Of a DNA stretch of 64,000 nt, positions 39,712 to 53,292 are shown piece after piece; within the stretch, counting starts at the first letter, position 1; the number at the start of each line of letters is the position of its first letter. The position numbers and the translations under genes were made by a program. The notes beneath the pieces are model-generated. The model was not told where the DNA came from. It ran no database searches and saw only the letters and a program-made list of their open reading frames with translations. The stretch is from NCBI GenBank assembly GCA_964016885.1, contig OZ024757.1, positions 22,878,001-22,942,000 of the forward strand. The letters are read 5' to 3'. Source of the DNA: Eledone cirrhosa (taxonomy: Eukaryota).

Positions 39712-40360
39712 TGTGATTTATGGGAATGAGACACAAGTGATGAATGTGGAGCGACAGAGAAAGATGGAAAGAATGGAAGGAAATGGTGTAGGCTGCTACA
39801 TGTTATAAGAAGTGTTATGATTTAGGGTGCTACATGTAAGAAGTGTCATGATTTAGGGTGCTACATGTAAGAAGTGTCATGATTTAGGGTGCTACATGTT
39901 GCGAGAAGTGTCGTGATTTATGGTGTTACATGTACGAAGTGCCATGATTTAGGGTGCTACGTGTTGTGAAAAGTGTCGTGATTTATGGTGCTGCATGTTG
40001 GGAGAAGTGCCATGATTTATGGTGCTACATGTTGGGAGAAGTGACATGATTCATGGTGCTACATGTTGTGAGAAGTGTGATGATTTATGGTGCTACATGT
40101 GTGAAGTGTCATGATTTATGGTGCTATGTGTTGGAAGAAGTGCCATGATTCATGGTGCTACATATGAGAAAGGTCATGATTTATGGTGCTACATGTGAGA
40201 AGTGTCATGATTTATGGTGCTACATGTTCTGAGAAGTGCCATGATTTATGGTGCTATATATTATAAGAAGATTTATGGGAGTGAGACATAGGTGATGAAC
40301 ATGGAGCAAAAAAGAAGGTTGGATAGAAGAGAAGGGAAAGGTATAAGCTACATGTGAGAA
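39712..40360 (+). repeat. ~31-34-bp minisatellite (~14 copies) between two decayed RTE-like direct repeats
   Basis: gtgctacatgt..gagaagtgtcatgatttatg units. Flanks gatttatggga.tgagaca read YG(S/N)ET-like. Confidence 0.8.
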
Positions 40361-40678
40361 TGTCTAAGGAGAAAATTGCTGGACAGGTATTACTGGCAGG
40401 AGACCCAGAGGTAAACTATGAGTAACCTGGCTGGATAACAACTGCGAGCTTAATTGGTCCCACTTGCGATAGTTACTTCAGATAGAATCCCCTGAAAGGA
40501 GTATCTGAAGACTCTGGCCCCACAACCCTTTTCGCAATAAGTGGGTGATGAAGAAAAGCAGTTTGGGATGATTTCAAGCAGTTCAGTATTAAAATGGTTA
40601 ATAACTGTCTGAATATGCTGTGCATAGTACACAACAGTCTGTGACACTTTTCATGAGAGATGGAAACTCAGCTGGTTT

Positions 40679-41350
40679 CATCATCACCATCATCATTATC
40701 ATCATTGTTTTACATCCGTTCTTCCACGCTAGCATGGGTTAGATGGGTTGTCCTGTTGTGGTCAGTGTCCAATCGGCTGGCCTTGTCTTGCTCATACGGG
40801 AACTGATTCTGGCTTTGATTTCTACAGCTGGATGCCCTTCCTAACACCAACCTCATTTACAGTGAGTGCTGGGTGCTTTTTTTCCATGGCCCCTACACGT
40901 CCACTTTACAGTGTGGGCTGGGTGCTTTTTTGCCATGGCACCTCCACGACTACTCTGCAGTGGGAGGGTGTGGGGCATATTGTCTATATGTTTCAGCTTC
41001 GGTTTGTTCCTGTGGGGGGTCGGGTCTTCTGTATGACTGTGTGACACCAGAGGTCATGGTCACGTGTCATCACCTTTGAGAGATGCAATTGGGTAAGGTC
41101 GGCCTTTATCACCTCATCCCAGGTCTTCTTGGGTCTCCCCACTCCGCGGCTTCCATTGACTTCTAGTGCTCTGTACCTTTTTATGCAGCTGTCATCCTTC
41201 ATACGCATCACATGTCCATACCAACATAACCTCCTCTCCTGCACACAGCATTTGATTCCTCTGATGCTCAGTCTCTCTCTCAATTCGTTTATATTTTGCC
41301 GTTCGCCTATATTATTATTACACATCCATCGGAGCATGGAGACTTCATTT
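40679..41350 (-). mobile_element. RTE LINE family A 3' fragment
   Basis: ORF 40993-41337 (MLRWMC...WYGHVMRM...GRPKKTW), 3'UTR and (CAT)n tail. Confidence 0.9.
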
Positions 41351-41399
41351 CTTTATTTGTTTCAATATTCCTTAACTCTTTCATTGCCATATATTTGTA

Positions 41400-41705
41400 A
41401 AATTGGTGTCCAAAAGGGAAGACTTGTTAGTATGGACATGTGATGCACATGGATGGTGATAGCTAGGAGAACAAGTGCCAAGAAATCCCAGTGGAAGGAA
41501 CCTATAAGTAGAGGTAGACTTGAGTATAAAAGGAATCAGAATTGGTATGCACGAGAGAAGACCTGGGCAGAGCTGGTGAGAATAGATTTCAGATTGCTGA
41601 GACTCACAGAGGAGATGACGAAAGATCACAATGTGTGGATAGATGCTGTGCTGAAAAGGACTTGTCCAACCTATGCAGGCATGGAAAAATAATGATGATG
41701 ATGAT
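41400..41705 (+). mobile_element. Degraded RTE 3' fragment
   Basis: KTWAELVRIDFRLLRLTEEMTKD..W.DAVLKRT; (ATG)n tail. Confidence 0.75.
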
Positions 41706-41788
41706 ATTTCTAATGACAGGGATTACCCATGGTTTTCAAACAGTTTTTTTTAAATAATCAAGAATTTTGAGGAATTTAGTATTATAAC

Positions 41789-41881
41789 TACCATATATAC
41801 TTGACTATAACCCTAGGAATGTGACCCTCAACAAATTGATGGTAAAAAAGGGGTGGGACTTATATTCGAGTATATATTGTA
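41789..41881. mobile_element. Small Tc1/pogo-type MITE
   Basis: Imperfect TIRs taccatatatacttgactataa / ttatattcgagtatatattgta with TA ends. Confidence 0.5.
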
Positions 41882-42076
41882 AGTTTTTCATTATGTATCT
41901 TTTCATTTGGAACATAACTTAATAAAGGTTTATGTATAAAATTAGGAAGAAACGTTTTTCAGAATTTTATATCTTGGAAACCAGAGTGGTTTCAGGCAGT
42001 TTCGATTCAAACAGGTTGACTACATGGTTATCATTATTATCATCAACATCACCAGTTAACATAGATTTTTCACACT

Positions 42077-42475
42077 TCATCATCATCATCATCATCGTTT
42101 AATGTCTATCTTCCATGCAAGCATGGGTTTAGATGGGAATTGTCCCACTTGAGGCAAGATTGGTTGTCTCGCTCGTATAGGACTGTCTGGCGGGTTTTCT
42201 ACGGCTGGATGCCCTTCCTAACACCAACCACGTTTACAGTATGGAGTGGGGATTTTTACCGTGTTACCTAAATGGCCACATTACAGCGTGTGTGGACTGT
42301 GTGTTTTTTTGTCGTGACACCTACACGACCTCATTTATTTAGGACTGGATGTTGTGGTACCAACATAACTTTACAGCGAAAGGGTTGGTGTAGATGGGGG
42401 TGGGGGTAGGGGTAGTGGGAAGGGGGTGTATTTTTGGTTAAGAGGCGCCTACTGACTGTAGGTTTCGCTTTGCTT
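42077..42475 (-). mobile_element. RTE family C 3'UTR
   Basis: Homologous to 20820-21229. Confidence 0.85.
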
Positions 42476-42481
42476 GCATAT

Positions 42482-43140
42482 CATCATCATCATCATCATC
42501 ATTTTACGTCCGCTTTTCCCTGCTTGCAAGGGTGGGACGGGTCTTATTCAGCACAGCATCTCTCCACTCGTCACGGTCCCTCGTCATCTCCACCGTGAGC
42601 TTCAATGATCTGAGGTCTGTTCTCACCACCTCCGCCCATGTTTTTCGTGGTCTACCTCTACCACGTCTTCCTTCAACTGGCAATTCCTGGCACTTCTTCA
42701 CCCATCGGTCATCCTCCATGCGCATCACATGTCCATACAACCTCAGTCTCCTCTCCCATACACTACATTCTATCCCTCTCAGACACAGTTTCTCTCTCAA
42801 CACATTTATGCTGGGTCGTTCACGCACATTTAAACTGCACATCCAACGGAGCATACTTGCCTCATTTCTCTCCAGCCGTTGCATATCCTCTGCAGTTGCT
42901 GCCCATGTCTCACTACCATGCAACATCGCACTCCAACATGACACTTCTCACATGTAGCACCACACAGGCATCATACAACCGGCCTTTCGTACGCAGGGAG
43001 AAACCCTTCTTCGTCAACAGAGGAAGCAGCTCCCTAAACTTCTTCCAACCTGTCCTTATTCTAGATACTATGGCCTCGGAACACCCTCCTTCCATGCTAA
43101 TCTGATCTCCTAGGTACCGGAAGCTATCCACCACTTCTAT
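42482..43140 (-). mobile_element. RTE LINE family B 3' fragment (ORF runs into the tail)
   Basis: VDSFRYLGD..., LHGSETW, GRPRKTW. Ends cccacccttgcaagcagggaaaagcggacgtaaaatgatg. Confidence 0.9.
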
Positions 43141-43359
43141 TTGTATATATATATAATATAATATATATATATATATATATTACACGCCTTCTGATAAGAA
43201 CCCAACAAGGTCCAAAAAGTGTTTCATCATCATCATCATCTTCGTTTAACGTCCATCTTCCACGCTAGCATGGGTATATATATATATATATATATATATA
43301 TTGTGATTGCCTCAAACAAATCGAATAGTACTACTGCAGCTAAAGTTCGATTTACAAAT

Positions 43360-43399
<40 letters not shown>

Positions 43400-44095
43400 C
43401 ATACACACACATACACACACACATATATATATTTCTTTTTTTTTTATTACATTTTCACTATGTTTCCATATACATATATATATATATTCATTTCTCTCCT
43501 CTCCCCTCTATCTATCTCTCCTTCTCTCATAAACTTTACTCCTTCCTCTCCCTGCCACCGTACTCCTACCTTCTCTCTCTTCCCTTCTGGTTAATTTTAA
43601 TCTTCTTTCCTTCCCTTTCCCAAATGAACAGAAATATCCCCCAATTATTTCAAGCAGCCTCTAAAGCCTTTACTAATGGCCACACTGCTTCACTCTTCCT
43701 CCTCATACACCCACTACACCGGCCATACCACCTACACCCACTACACCATCCATACCACCTACACCTAAACTATGGCTCTCATTGTTTAATCCCAAACATG
43801 ACAATTCTTGGTTGTGAAATGGCTTCATAGCTATCTTTAGAAAGACTACTTCCATTTAAAGATTCAGCTACCAAATTGGTCAGACTATTTTTTCCCCTTT
43901 TAATAGATATATTTTTTAATAGATACATCTTTACCTTGAATTCATGTTTTGTTTTTAATTTGGTTTATACCTCATACCCCCTCTCTCTGACACACACACA
44001 CACACACATACACACATATATATATATTATACATTTGCTTCTCCCTCACCTTCTCTTACACACACACACATATGTACATATGCATTAACACATGC

Positions 44096-44134
<39 letters not shown>

Positions 44135-44294
44135 GCTAGCTATTTCCATATTCACTCTCAAAAGCACATTCTGAAGCTCTAGAAACAAGTTTTGCAGCTG
44201 GTTTTTAGTAATACTCTAAAGCTCATTAGTTATTCTAGTCTGAAAGACACTAACACATACATCTGGTCACACACACACACACACACATATACAT

Positions 44295-44353
<59 letters not shown>

Positions 44354-44479
44354 AGGTTTGTCTCAAAAGTAAGGGTACTGATTTTCCTATGTATGACATG
44401 GTAAAGCAGCACCTTGTTGATATATATAGGTGTGTTGGTTATGAACTTGCCTGCATGTATATAGTTATTTCAATATGAG

Positions 44480-44722
44480 TGGCTGGGCATTCTACAGACA
44501 CGTGTACCCTTAACATATTTCTCTGGGTGATCCAACGTGATACAGAATGGAGCAAGGTTAGCCTGTTGAACTACAGGTGCAACTCATTATTGTCAGCTGA
44601 CTGAGCTGGAGCAATGAGAAATAAAGTGTCTTGCTCAAGGACACAGCATGCCACAAGGAATCGAAATCATGACCTTACAATCGTGAGCCAAATACCCTAT
44701 CCAAAAAGCCATGCGCCTTCAC
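44480..44722 (-). mobile_element. SINE family D
   Basis: Homologous to 16546-16790. Confidence 0.7.
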
Positions 44723-44779
44723 AAAAATATATATATATATTGGTTTCTCATGAATGAAACAGTCTTAGTCCTGTAGAAG

Positions 44780-44850
<71 letters not shown>

Positions 44851-44962
44851 GGACGTAAAATAAGAAAATTATAAAAATTAACTTACTAAAATTAACTTAC
44901 TAAAATTATATATATATATATATATATATGTGTGTATATGTATATATATATATATATATATA

Positions 44963-45300
44963 GGCACATGGCTTAGTGGTTAGAGCATTGGACTTGCAAT
45001 CAAAAAGTTGTGAGTTCAATTCTCAGACCGGGTGATGTGTTGTTTCCTTGAGCAAGACACTTTATTTCACATTGCTCCATTTTATTCAGCTGTAGAAATG
45101 AGATGATAGGGAGTGGGGTCCCTATCATTCCACTGCAAAGTGGTCGTGGAGGTGCCACGGCAAAAAAGCACCCACCACTCACTGTAAATGAGGTTGGTGT
45201 TAGGAAGGGCATCCAGCTGCAGGAATCAAGCCAGAATCAGTTCCCGTCCCACCCTTGCAAGCAGGGAAAAGCGGACGTAAAATGAGGATGATGATGATGA
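44963..45300 (+). mobile_element. SINE family A, full length
   Basis: Matches 4276-4619. Confidence 0.9.
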
Positions 45301-45431
45301 TACTAATAGACTTACAAAATCATATTAGCACAAGATGTTTTGCTCACTATGGGCATTGTAACACCATACGACACACCATACCAACTGAAATACATTTAGG
45401 AAACAAACTACTCTCATACAGATTTAGTAAT

Positions 45432-45725
45432 GTAGTGGTAATATTTGTTTCTACTTTAGGCACAAGGCCAGCAATTACCCAGTTCATTACTGGTACTTTA
45501 TTTTATCGACCCCGTAGTGGTAATATTTGTTTCTACTTTAGGCACAAGGCCAGCAATTACCCAGTTCATTACTGGTACTTTATTTTATCGACCCCGTAGT
45601 GGTAATATTTGTTTCTACTTTAGGCACAAGGCCAGCAATTACCCAGTGCATTACTGGTACTTTATTTTATCGACCCCGTAAGGATGAAAGGCAAAGTCAA
45701 CCTCGGCGGGATTTGAACTCAGATT
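45432..45725 (-). mobile_element. SINE B with its 3' ~82 bp triplicated
   Basis: gtagtggtaatatttgtttctacttt...cgacccc three times. gtagtggtaatatt recurs at 45732 as a likely target-site duplication. Confidence 0.85.
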
Positions 45726-46799
45726 TGAACCGTAGTGGTAATATTGAACAATAATTAGGGTTATCAATAATATTATTTTAACAACAAATCGATAATCAAA
45801 TCAATTAATAAAAATATCCACTAATTAATTAGGGCTACGAATAAAATTAATACAAGAACCCCGCCCCCATCCCTGGACAATATGCCAGTCCATCACTGAG
45901 TTAAACCCCCAGCTGTTGTTGGAACTCGTTTTCAGCTGAATGTACTGGAGCAGTGTGAAATGAAGTGTTTTGCTTAAGAACATAACACACAACCCAGTCC
46001 AAGATTTGAACCCATGAACATAATAAGATTATAAGTGCATTCTCCCCCACCCCCTTCAGATAGGAGGCCATCCCACCACTCTTCCCTCACCAGCCACTGC
46101 TGGTACTCATTTTCAGCTATGTATACTGCACTCTGGTGCGACGAGAACGTAAGTAGTTCAAATTCGTCGAACATGGTTTCCACTTAATTGCTTACCAGAT
46201 AATTGCGTAGCTTCTTTAAAACACCAAATCTTTTAGAATCAAATCAAGGTAAAATTACTCATTTGATGGCATATGCTAATTAGGGTTAAATACACAAGAT
46301 ATTTTTTCCCTAATTTTAAATAAGATTTGCTGAAATATAACATAAGGTACATTTCAACATTTGATATGCTATAAAGTGATTTCAGCAAGCTTCTATGTTC
46401 ATGTGTAGCAACAACTAATGTCAAAATGTCACATCTTTTCAAATTAGTTTTAACATCTTAATCTAATTAAAAATATCAAAGTTCAGATTTCAGTGTAATT
46501 TTATCTTAGTTTTAATTCCATTCTCTTTTATTCTTTATACAGAGGAGGGATTTCATTGATTGAACTGAGGCCATGCTTTGAAAGCTTTTCGTCAATTATA
46601 TCAAACTTAGTACTTATTTTAACAATCTTTGTTTGTCAAACCACTAAGTTACAGAACACAGACAAGCAACAATATAAATATAGACATGGACACACATAAA
46701 TATGTGCATGTGCTTACGCATACACACTGATGTATGCATGCATGTATGTTTATCTCTCTCTTAATTTTGAGTATATTTTTGACCAGCCACCTTCCTGGT

Positions 46800-47012
46800 G
46801 GCAAGGTTGTAAAAGAAAAGAAATTGTCATCCCTTGAATCACAAGAATGTTTTGCAAATTTTGAAGGTGCCAGCTATCGCAGCCATTTGTAGACTATGAT
46901 TTAGGGAGCTGCGCTCTTTGTCCGCAAATCCAAGTTCAGTTATACATTGGTCCAAGCGGGTTGGTATATAACCCGTAGCTCCAATAATGATGGGTATGAA
47001 GCTAAAGGTGTA
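46800..47012 (-). pseudogene. R4/NeSL-type RLE retrotransposon C-terminal fragment
   Basis: FIPIIIGATGYIP...LGF...LQMAAIAGTFKICKTFL*. Confidence 0.75.
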
Positions 47013-47429
47013 TCTTGTATATATGTATGTATATATGTATGCATGTATGTATGTATGTATATATGTTTGTATGTATGTATCTATGGATGGATGGAAATGT
47101 TTGACAAGGAAAAACAACTCCAGAGAACAAACAGTACAATGATGATATATATATATATTAGTTTAATGTTTGATAAAGTAGGAAAACAGTTTCAACGTTT
47201 CAGACGTTAGTCTTTCATTATAATATAGAAGGTGAGGTAGAAGAACAAATAAAAGGATAGAGGGGAGAAAGATGAGAAAGAAAATGGAAGCCAAAAAGAT
47301 TTTCTCAAGAAGAAAAGACATGTCAATCATTTAGGATTATTGGAGATATATATATATATATGGTGTTCCCAAAGAATGTATACACATATTTATTAGAATG
47401 CTGTTGAAGTGTGTATATATTTTGTGGAG

Positions 47430-47582
47430 TCATCATCATCATTTTACGCCCACTTTTCCCTGCTTGCAAGGGTTGGACGGGTCCTATTCATCACAGCATC
47501 TCTCCACTTGTCACGGTCCTTCGTCATTTCCTCAGTGAGTTTCAGCGATCTGACGTCTGCTCTCACCACCTCCACCCATGTT
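47430..47582 (-). mobile_element. RTE family B 3' end
   Basis: Homologous to 42482-42640. Confidence 0.8.
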
Positions 47583-48214
47583 TTATATATATGCAAAAAT
47601 TAACAGCAATGAAAAAAAAAAACCAGTACAATGAAGAAATATATTAGTTTAATGCTTGATATAGTAGAAAAAGAATCTTAGCCTTTTGGACGCTAGTGCT
47701 TCATCAGTAGAAAGAATGATGGAATAGTTAATTGATTAACTGTTCCTTCATTGTTAAGCTGGTTTAGACGGTTTTGGCTGCTATTTCCAGTGTCACTATA
47801 AGCCTGTCATGTTGTCTTAATACATTGAATGGGATATACCATGTGGTTCAGCAATGACGTCGTGTGTATGATATGTATTCAATTTCTCTTAGTCCAAAGA
47901 ATTCTCCTCATAATGACGGAATTGTAATTCTTCCAATATTGGTTATTCCAATGTTGTTTTTTGAATTCCAGAAACCATGGTCAGGGAATTTTATGAGTAA
48001 AACCGACTTATTTTAGTCAGCCTAGCTTATATGCTGCCAAATTGAGATTTTGGCTTAAGTTTAATATATTTACGTACTTCTATATATATATATATATATA
48101 TATATAAGTATTGAAGTTACCGTTGAAAATTGAAAAAGTCAGAGGAATGAAGAGTGCTCTATGTAAGTTACAGAGCTAAATATTTAATGTATAATAAACA
48201 ATACAGTATAATTA

Positions 48215-48282
48215 CCTCAATACTAGAGGTTTCCCGAATAAGACGAATACAAGACACATCCGCATTCGTTCATCAGACAAGG
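48215..48282 (-). ncRNA. Hammerhead-like motif in a Penelope-like fragment (~48107-48420)
   Basis: Minus strand reads ccttgt-CTGATGA-acgaatgcgga..tgtattcgt-cttattcgg-GAAA-c-ctcta-g-TA-ttgagg. Confidence 0.6.
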
Positions 48283-48507
48283 CAATTTAAAACATAGTGA
48301 AATATTTGAAAAATCTCCTCAAGAAAGGCTAAAAGTTTAACGGGCAAAAAAATAAATAAAAGTAATAATACAAGAAATGTATAAAAAATAAAAATAAAGA
48401 AATATAGTAAGGGGATGTGTATAAATGTGTGTATATGCACTTACAAATATACATGTGTGTGTATGTACAAATGCATGTGTATATATACTGTATTGTTTAT
48501 TATACAT

Positions 48508-48554
<47 letters not shown>

Positions 48555-48563
<9 letters not shown>

Positions 48564-48964
48564 ATATTAATAAATGGAAACTGTATTTATAAAACCATAA
48601 TTATTTTATTATATATATTTCAAGGGTGACCAAGGTAAATTATGGTGCGCTTTCATCAGATAAAATACAGATTTGTTTTATAAATAAATAATGACATACC
48701 TGGAAAAAAGACAACTTCAACGGTTGAAATTTGCTGGATTCTCCACTATCCAGCGAATTTCAACCGAATTTTATCTGATGAAAGCGCACCATAATTTTCC
48801 TTGGTCGCCCTTGAAATATATATAATAAAATAATTATGGTTTTATAAATATAGTTTCCATTTATTAATATATTGTATATTTACTCCACTAACTTGTTGAG
48901 TGCTTCATATCAGTTATAAAAAATGTTAAAGCTTGTTGAATCCCAACAAATAAAATATAACCTC

Positions 48965-48967
<3 letters not shown>
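48555..48967. mobile_element. Penelope-like fold-back element (33079 family), HHR in both arms
   Basis: HHR on minus at 48604-48665 and on plus at 48769-48830. Inner hairpin 48721-48766. GAGTGCT at 48898. Confidence 0.8.
48769..48830 (+). ncRNA. Minimal type I hammerhead ribozyme motif
   Basis: ttttat-CTGATGA-aagcgcacca..tggtcgccctt-GAAA-t-ATAT-a-TA-ataaaa. Confidence 0.82.
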
Positions 48968-49029
<62 letters not shown>

Positions 49030-49299
49030 CAGGAGGAAACCAGTTTGAAACCAGTTAGACCATTTCTCAACAGAGTACTTGATACTTGGGGTAGTAGAGT
49101 ATGGTTATATTAAAAACAGTCAGGTCCTGACTCATAATTTATATATATATATGTATAACCAAAGATTAATATGGTTCATGATGAGGACGTACTGAAAAAA
49201 CAGCACAGTACCTTTGAAATGTATATAATAAAACATATATTTTGATTATGTGAATGTCTTCATTTATTATTATTATGAATAATATATATATATATATAT

Positions 49300-49500
49300 G
49301 GAAAAGAATGAAACGAAATTTCATTTCTCACTCTTAGTACGGCTGATACTTAAATGTAAGTATGTATGTATACGTACATACATATATGTATACAGATGTA
49401 CTATAGTATGTATATATATATACATACATGCACACACATATATATGTATGTATGGGTTTAACGAACATTTATTATAATGTTCAGTTTGTTTGTAAACAGA
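49300..49500 (-). mobile_element. 3' end of the 35565 Penelope-like family
   Basis: Reverse complement of 35770-35913, extending to the terminus. Confidence 0.65.
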
Positions 49501-49511
49501 TATATATATAT

Positions 49512-49904
49512 AATTACAATTTAGCTTCAGGCATAGCTGTATACAGATATGTATTTGGAATTTCATATTTCTAAAGAAATACGGTATGAGCCGTAGCTAT
49601 GCAAAAACACCAGCGACTAATGCTATCTGGTGGTGTCCAGCAGAAGCAAGGGGGACAATCGTCGATGTATTTCGAACTGAACTGGTCCTCATCAGGACAA
49701 TCCCTCCCACTCTAGCGACTGCTGGACTTTGAATACAGGCGGAGAGTATATGGTTTTCTCATCTGTGTAAATGAGGTGATTAATCTCATTTGCATATGAA
49801 GCTGTATAAGTTGGCTAAACTTATAATAGAATAGAATTACAATTTAGCTTCAGGCATAGTTGTATAGAGATATGTATTGGAATTTCGTTTTTTTAGAAGA
49901 AATA
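49512..49904 (-). mobile_element. Retrozyme-like 323-bp unit (about 1.2 copies) with hammerhead
   Basis: Direct repeats 49512-49581 and 49835-49904. HHR at 49658-49701 on the minus strand. Confidence 0.6.
49635..49727 (-). ncRNA. Hammerhead motif with extended stem I
   Basis: Minus strand reads gtccagcag..gggaggg-attgtc-CTGATGA-ggac-cagttca-gttc-GAAA-t-ac-a-TC-gacgat-tgtccccc..ctgctggac. Confidence 0.72.
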
Positions 49905-49924
49905 AAGTATGTTTAAAATATATA

Positions 49925-50034
49925 TCATCATCATCATCATCATTTTACGTCCGCTTTTCCCTGCTTGCAAGGGTGGGACGGGAACTGATTCTGGCTTGAT
50001 TTCTACAGCTGGATGCCCTTCCTAACACCAACCA
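49925..50034 (-). mobile_element. SINE A 3' fragment
   Basis: Matches the SINE A tail. Confidence 0.8.
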
Positions 50035-50164
50035 CAAAACATTCTGACTTTCTAATGACTCTACCAATTTGCATCCTTCACATATATTTATAAACACACA
50101 AATAATCAAACATACACACAAAGAGCAACACAAATACGCACAGAAATACATACACACATATATG

Positions 50165-50938
50165 AAATGATGAATGAAATTATTGTGTACAGTGCTCAGG
50201 TGCACTACAACTCGTCAAAGGTGCATGTATAGTACATAGAATAATATACAAATGTCAGGGAAGTGAATAGTGTATGAGTCATGATATACATGTGTGCGTG
50301 TGTATGGAGGGGGAATATTAGGTGTAGTGTTGGCAAATCTCGGGAAGCATGGAGGTTTTAAAGGATGTAGTGTCTCGACAGCTAACAACTGATGCAGGTA
50401 GTTTGTTCGTGGAGGTTTTAAAGGATGCAGTGTCCTGACAGCTAACAACTGATGAGGGTAGTTTGTTCCATGGAGGTTTTAAAGGATGCAGTGTCTCGAC
50501 AGCTAACAACTGATGCAGGTAGTTTGTTCCATGGAGGTTTTAAAGGATGCAGTGTCTCGACAGCTAACAACGGATGCAGATAGTTTGTTCCATGGAAGTT
50601 TTAAAGGATGCAGTGTCTCGACAGCTAACAACTGATGCAGGTAGTTTGTTCCATGGAGGTTTTAAAGGATGCAGTGTCTCGACAGCTAACAACTGATGCA
50701 GGTAGTTTGTTCCATGGAGGTTTTAAAGGATGCAGTGTCTCGACAGCTAACAACTGATGCAGGTAGTTTGTTCCATGGAGGTTTTAAAGGATGCAGTGTC
50801 TCCACTGTTAATAACTGATGCAGGCAGTTTGTTCCATGCTTCAGCAACTCTGAGCATGAAAAAATGTTTGCAAAAGTCATGGGAGCTGTGCTGTTTTCTG
50901 ACTTTGTGGGCATGCCCACATGTGTTAGACACATGGAA
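50165..50938 (-). mobile_element. CR1-type LINE 3' fragment with an internal ~61-bp segment amplified ~8 times
   Basis: Homologous to 7430-7720. ccatggaggttttaaaggatgcagtgtctcgacagctaacaactgatgcaggtagtttgtt repeats over 50348-50838. Confidence 0.88.
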
Positions 50939-51199
50939 TATACATGCACACATTCATACATACACACAGCTTCATATATACATACTCACATACGTATAAA
51001 CATCCATACAAATGCATACATACACTCATGCAGTTTAAACAGAGAATAGAATGAATACCACACAGTATTCTATCCGACATTCTAATTTGCTGTCTATCAG
51101 ACATGCACATGCATACACAATTGCACATTAGATACACAGATTCAACCTCAAACGGATTACTAATTTAAGTTATCTGTAACCCAAATATGAACAGGAGCA

Positions 51200-51520
51200 A
51201 ATTGGGAGAGTCATTAGAATGTTGAATAGAAAGCTTTGTGGTATTTATTCCAGCTTTCTGCTCTCTGAGTTCAAATCCCACCAAGGTCAACTTTGCCTTT
51301 CATCCTTTCAAGGTCGATAAAAAAAAGTACCAGTCTAGTACTGGGGTCGATCGTTCTTCTATATCTCTTTCTCAATACCTCTTTGTTACTTTCTATCGTT
51401 CTCTGGGAGAAATCTGCAGTATTCAGGTCTGGAGAGGGATCGGCTCTGCCAGGCTTAAAATGCCCAAGAAACACTGTATGTCACTACAGCGCCCCTTACG
51501 ACTCCATCAGGTGTTATAGG
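51200..51520 (+). mobile_element. SINE B 5' half + same unknown segment as 30900-31560 (single 60-bp unit)
   Basis: ctgggagaaatctgcagtattcaggtctggagagggatcggctctgccaggcttaaaatgccc. Confidence 0.7.
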
Positions 51521-51920
51521 ACTAAAAAGGAAGGACCCATATATTATGCAAGTGGACACAAAACAGTGAAGTACTAAGTTACATTCCAATACTTAGTTTA
51601 TTCAAATAAATAGAATTTCATTTAAAAGAAGCATCATTCATGTAATAAATGTTAAAATAATTAAGACAATGAAATTCTTTAAAATATAACTTTGTCTCTT
51701 ATAATGTTTTCTAGTAATTTTATAGATATTACATTTATAACTAAATATTTTTTATCTTCAAAAATTTAATATAATATTACACTTGAGGCATTAAGCATCA
51801 TCTTGAATTTACTAAGTGCTGCATGCATGGCATGGAAACTTATGTTAAATCTTTACATACATGGGCATTGGTACACATATAATCAAGCACATACACACAC
51901 ACACACAGAGACACACACAG

Positions 51921-51959
<39 letters not shown>

Positions 51960-51974
51960 CATATATATGCATAA

Positions 51975-52358
51975 CCATTCAGACACATACCCAAATACAT
52001 ACAGGCATATACACATATATATACACATACAGACACATACCCAAATACATACAGGCATATACACACATGTATATATATATATATACACATTCAGACACAT
52101 ACCGAAACACATACAGAGGCATATACACACATATATTTATATATACATATACATTCAGACACATACCCAAATACATACAGGCATATAAACACATATATAT
52201 ATACACATACACATTCAGACACATACCCAAATACATACAGGCATATACACATATATATATACACATACAGACACATACCCAAATACATACAGGCATATAC
52301 ACACATGTATATATATACATAAACATTCAGACACATACTGAAACACATACAGGCATAT

Positions 52359-52426
<68 letters not shown>

Positions 52427-52511
52427 TCATAAACATACCAAAGTACATACAGGCATATACACATATATATATATATATACACATTCAGACACATACTGAA
52501 ACACATACAGG

Positions 52512-52599
<88 letters not shown>

Positions 52600-52830
52600 T
52601 AAACATACCAAAGTACATACAGGCATATACACATATATATACATATATATACACATTCAGACACATACTGAAACACATACAGGCATATACACACACACAC
52701 ACACATATACACACACATATATATATATATATATATATTCATAAACATACCAAAGTACATACAGGCATATACACACATATATATATATATATACATATTC
52801 AGACACATACCGAAATACATACAGGCATAT

Positions 52831-52865
<35 letters not shown>

Positions 52866-52902
52866 CATATTCAGACACATACCGAAACACATACAGGCAT
52901 AT

Positions 52903-52910
<8 letters not shown>
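51975..52910. repeat. Variable-length minisatellite: ~35-bp core plus CA/TA spacer
   Basis: cattcagacacatacc.aaa.acatacaggcatatacac recurs about 15 times. Confidence 0.85.
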
Positions 52911-52947
<37 letters not shown>

Positions 52948-53292
52948 CATACATAACATTAGATATGATAGATATCTATACAGATGTAGGATATCTAGTT
53001 ACAAGTAAACCCAACCTATTTCTACATCTACAGTTCATATATGCATAAATGCACACAACTTAATTAAATTTGTACTTGTTATCCAGTTAGATTTACATTT
53101 AGTACACACAGTATACATATTAGACATGCCCCCCACCTCCCACACACACACGAACATATATGAATGTATATATATATATATATATATAAACATCTGGTAA
53201 GCTTAAGAAATATTAGGAACATTTGACATTTGCAATGTGTGGGTGTGTGTGGGTGTGTGTATGTATGTGTGTGTGTGTGTATATATATATAT

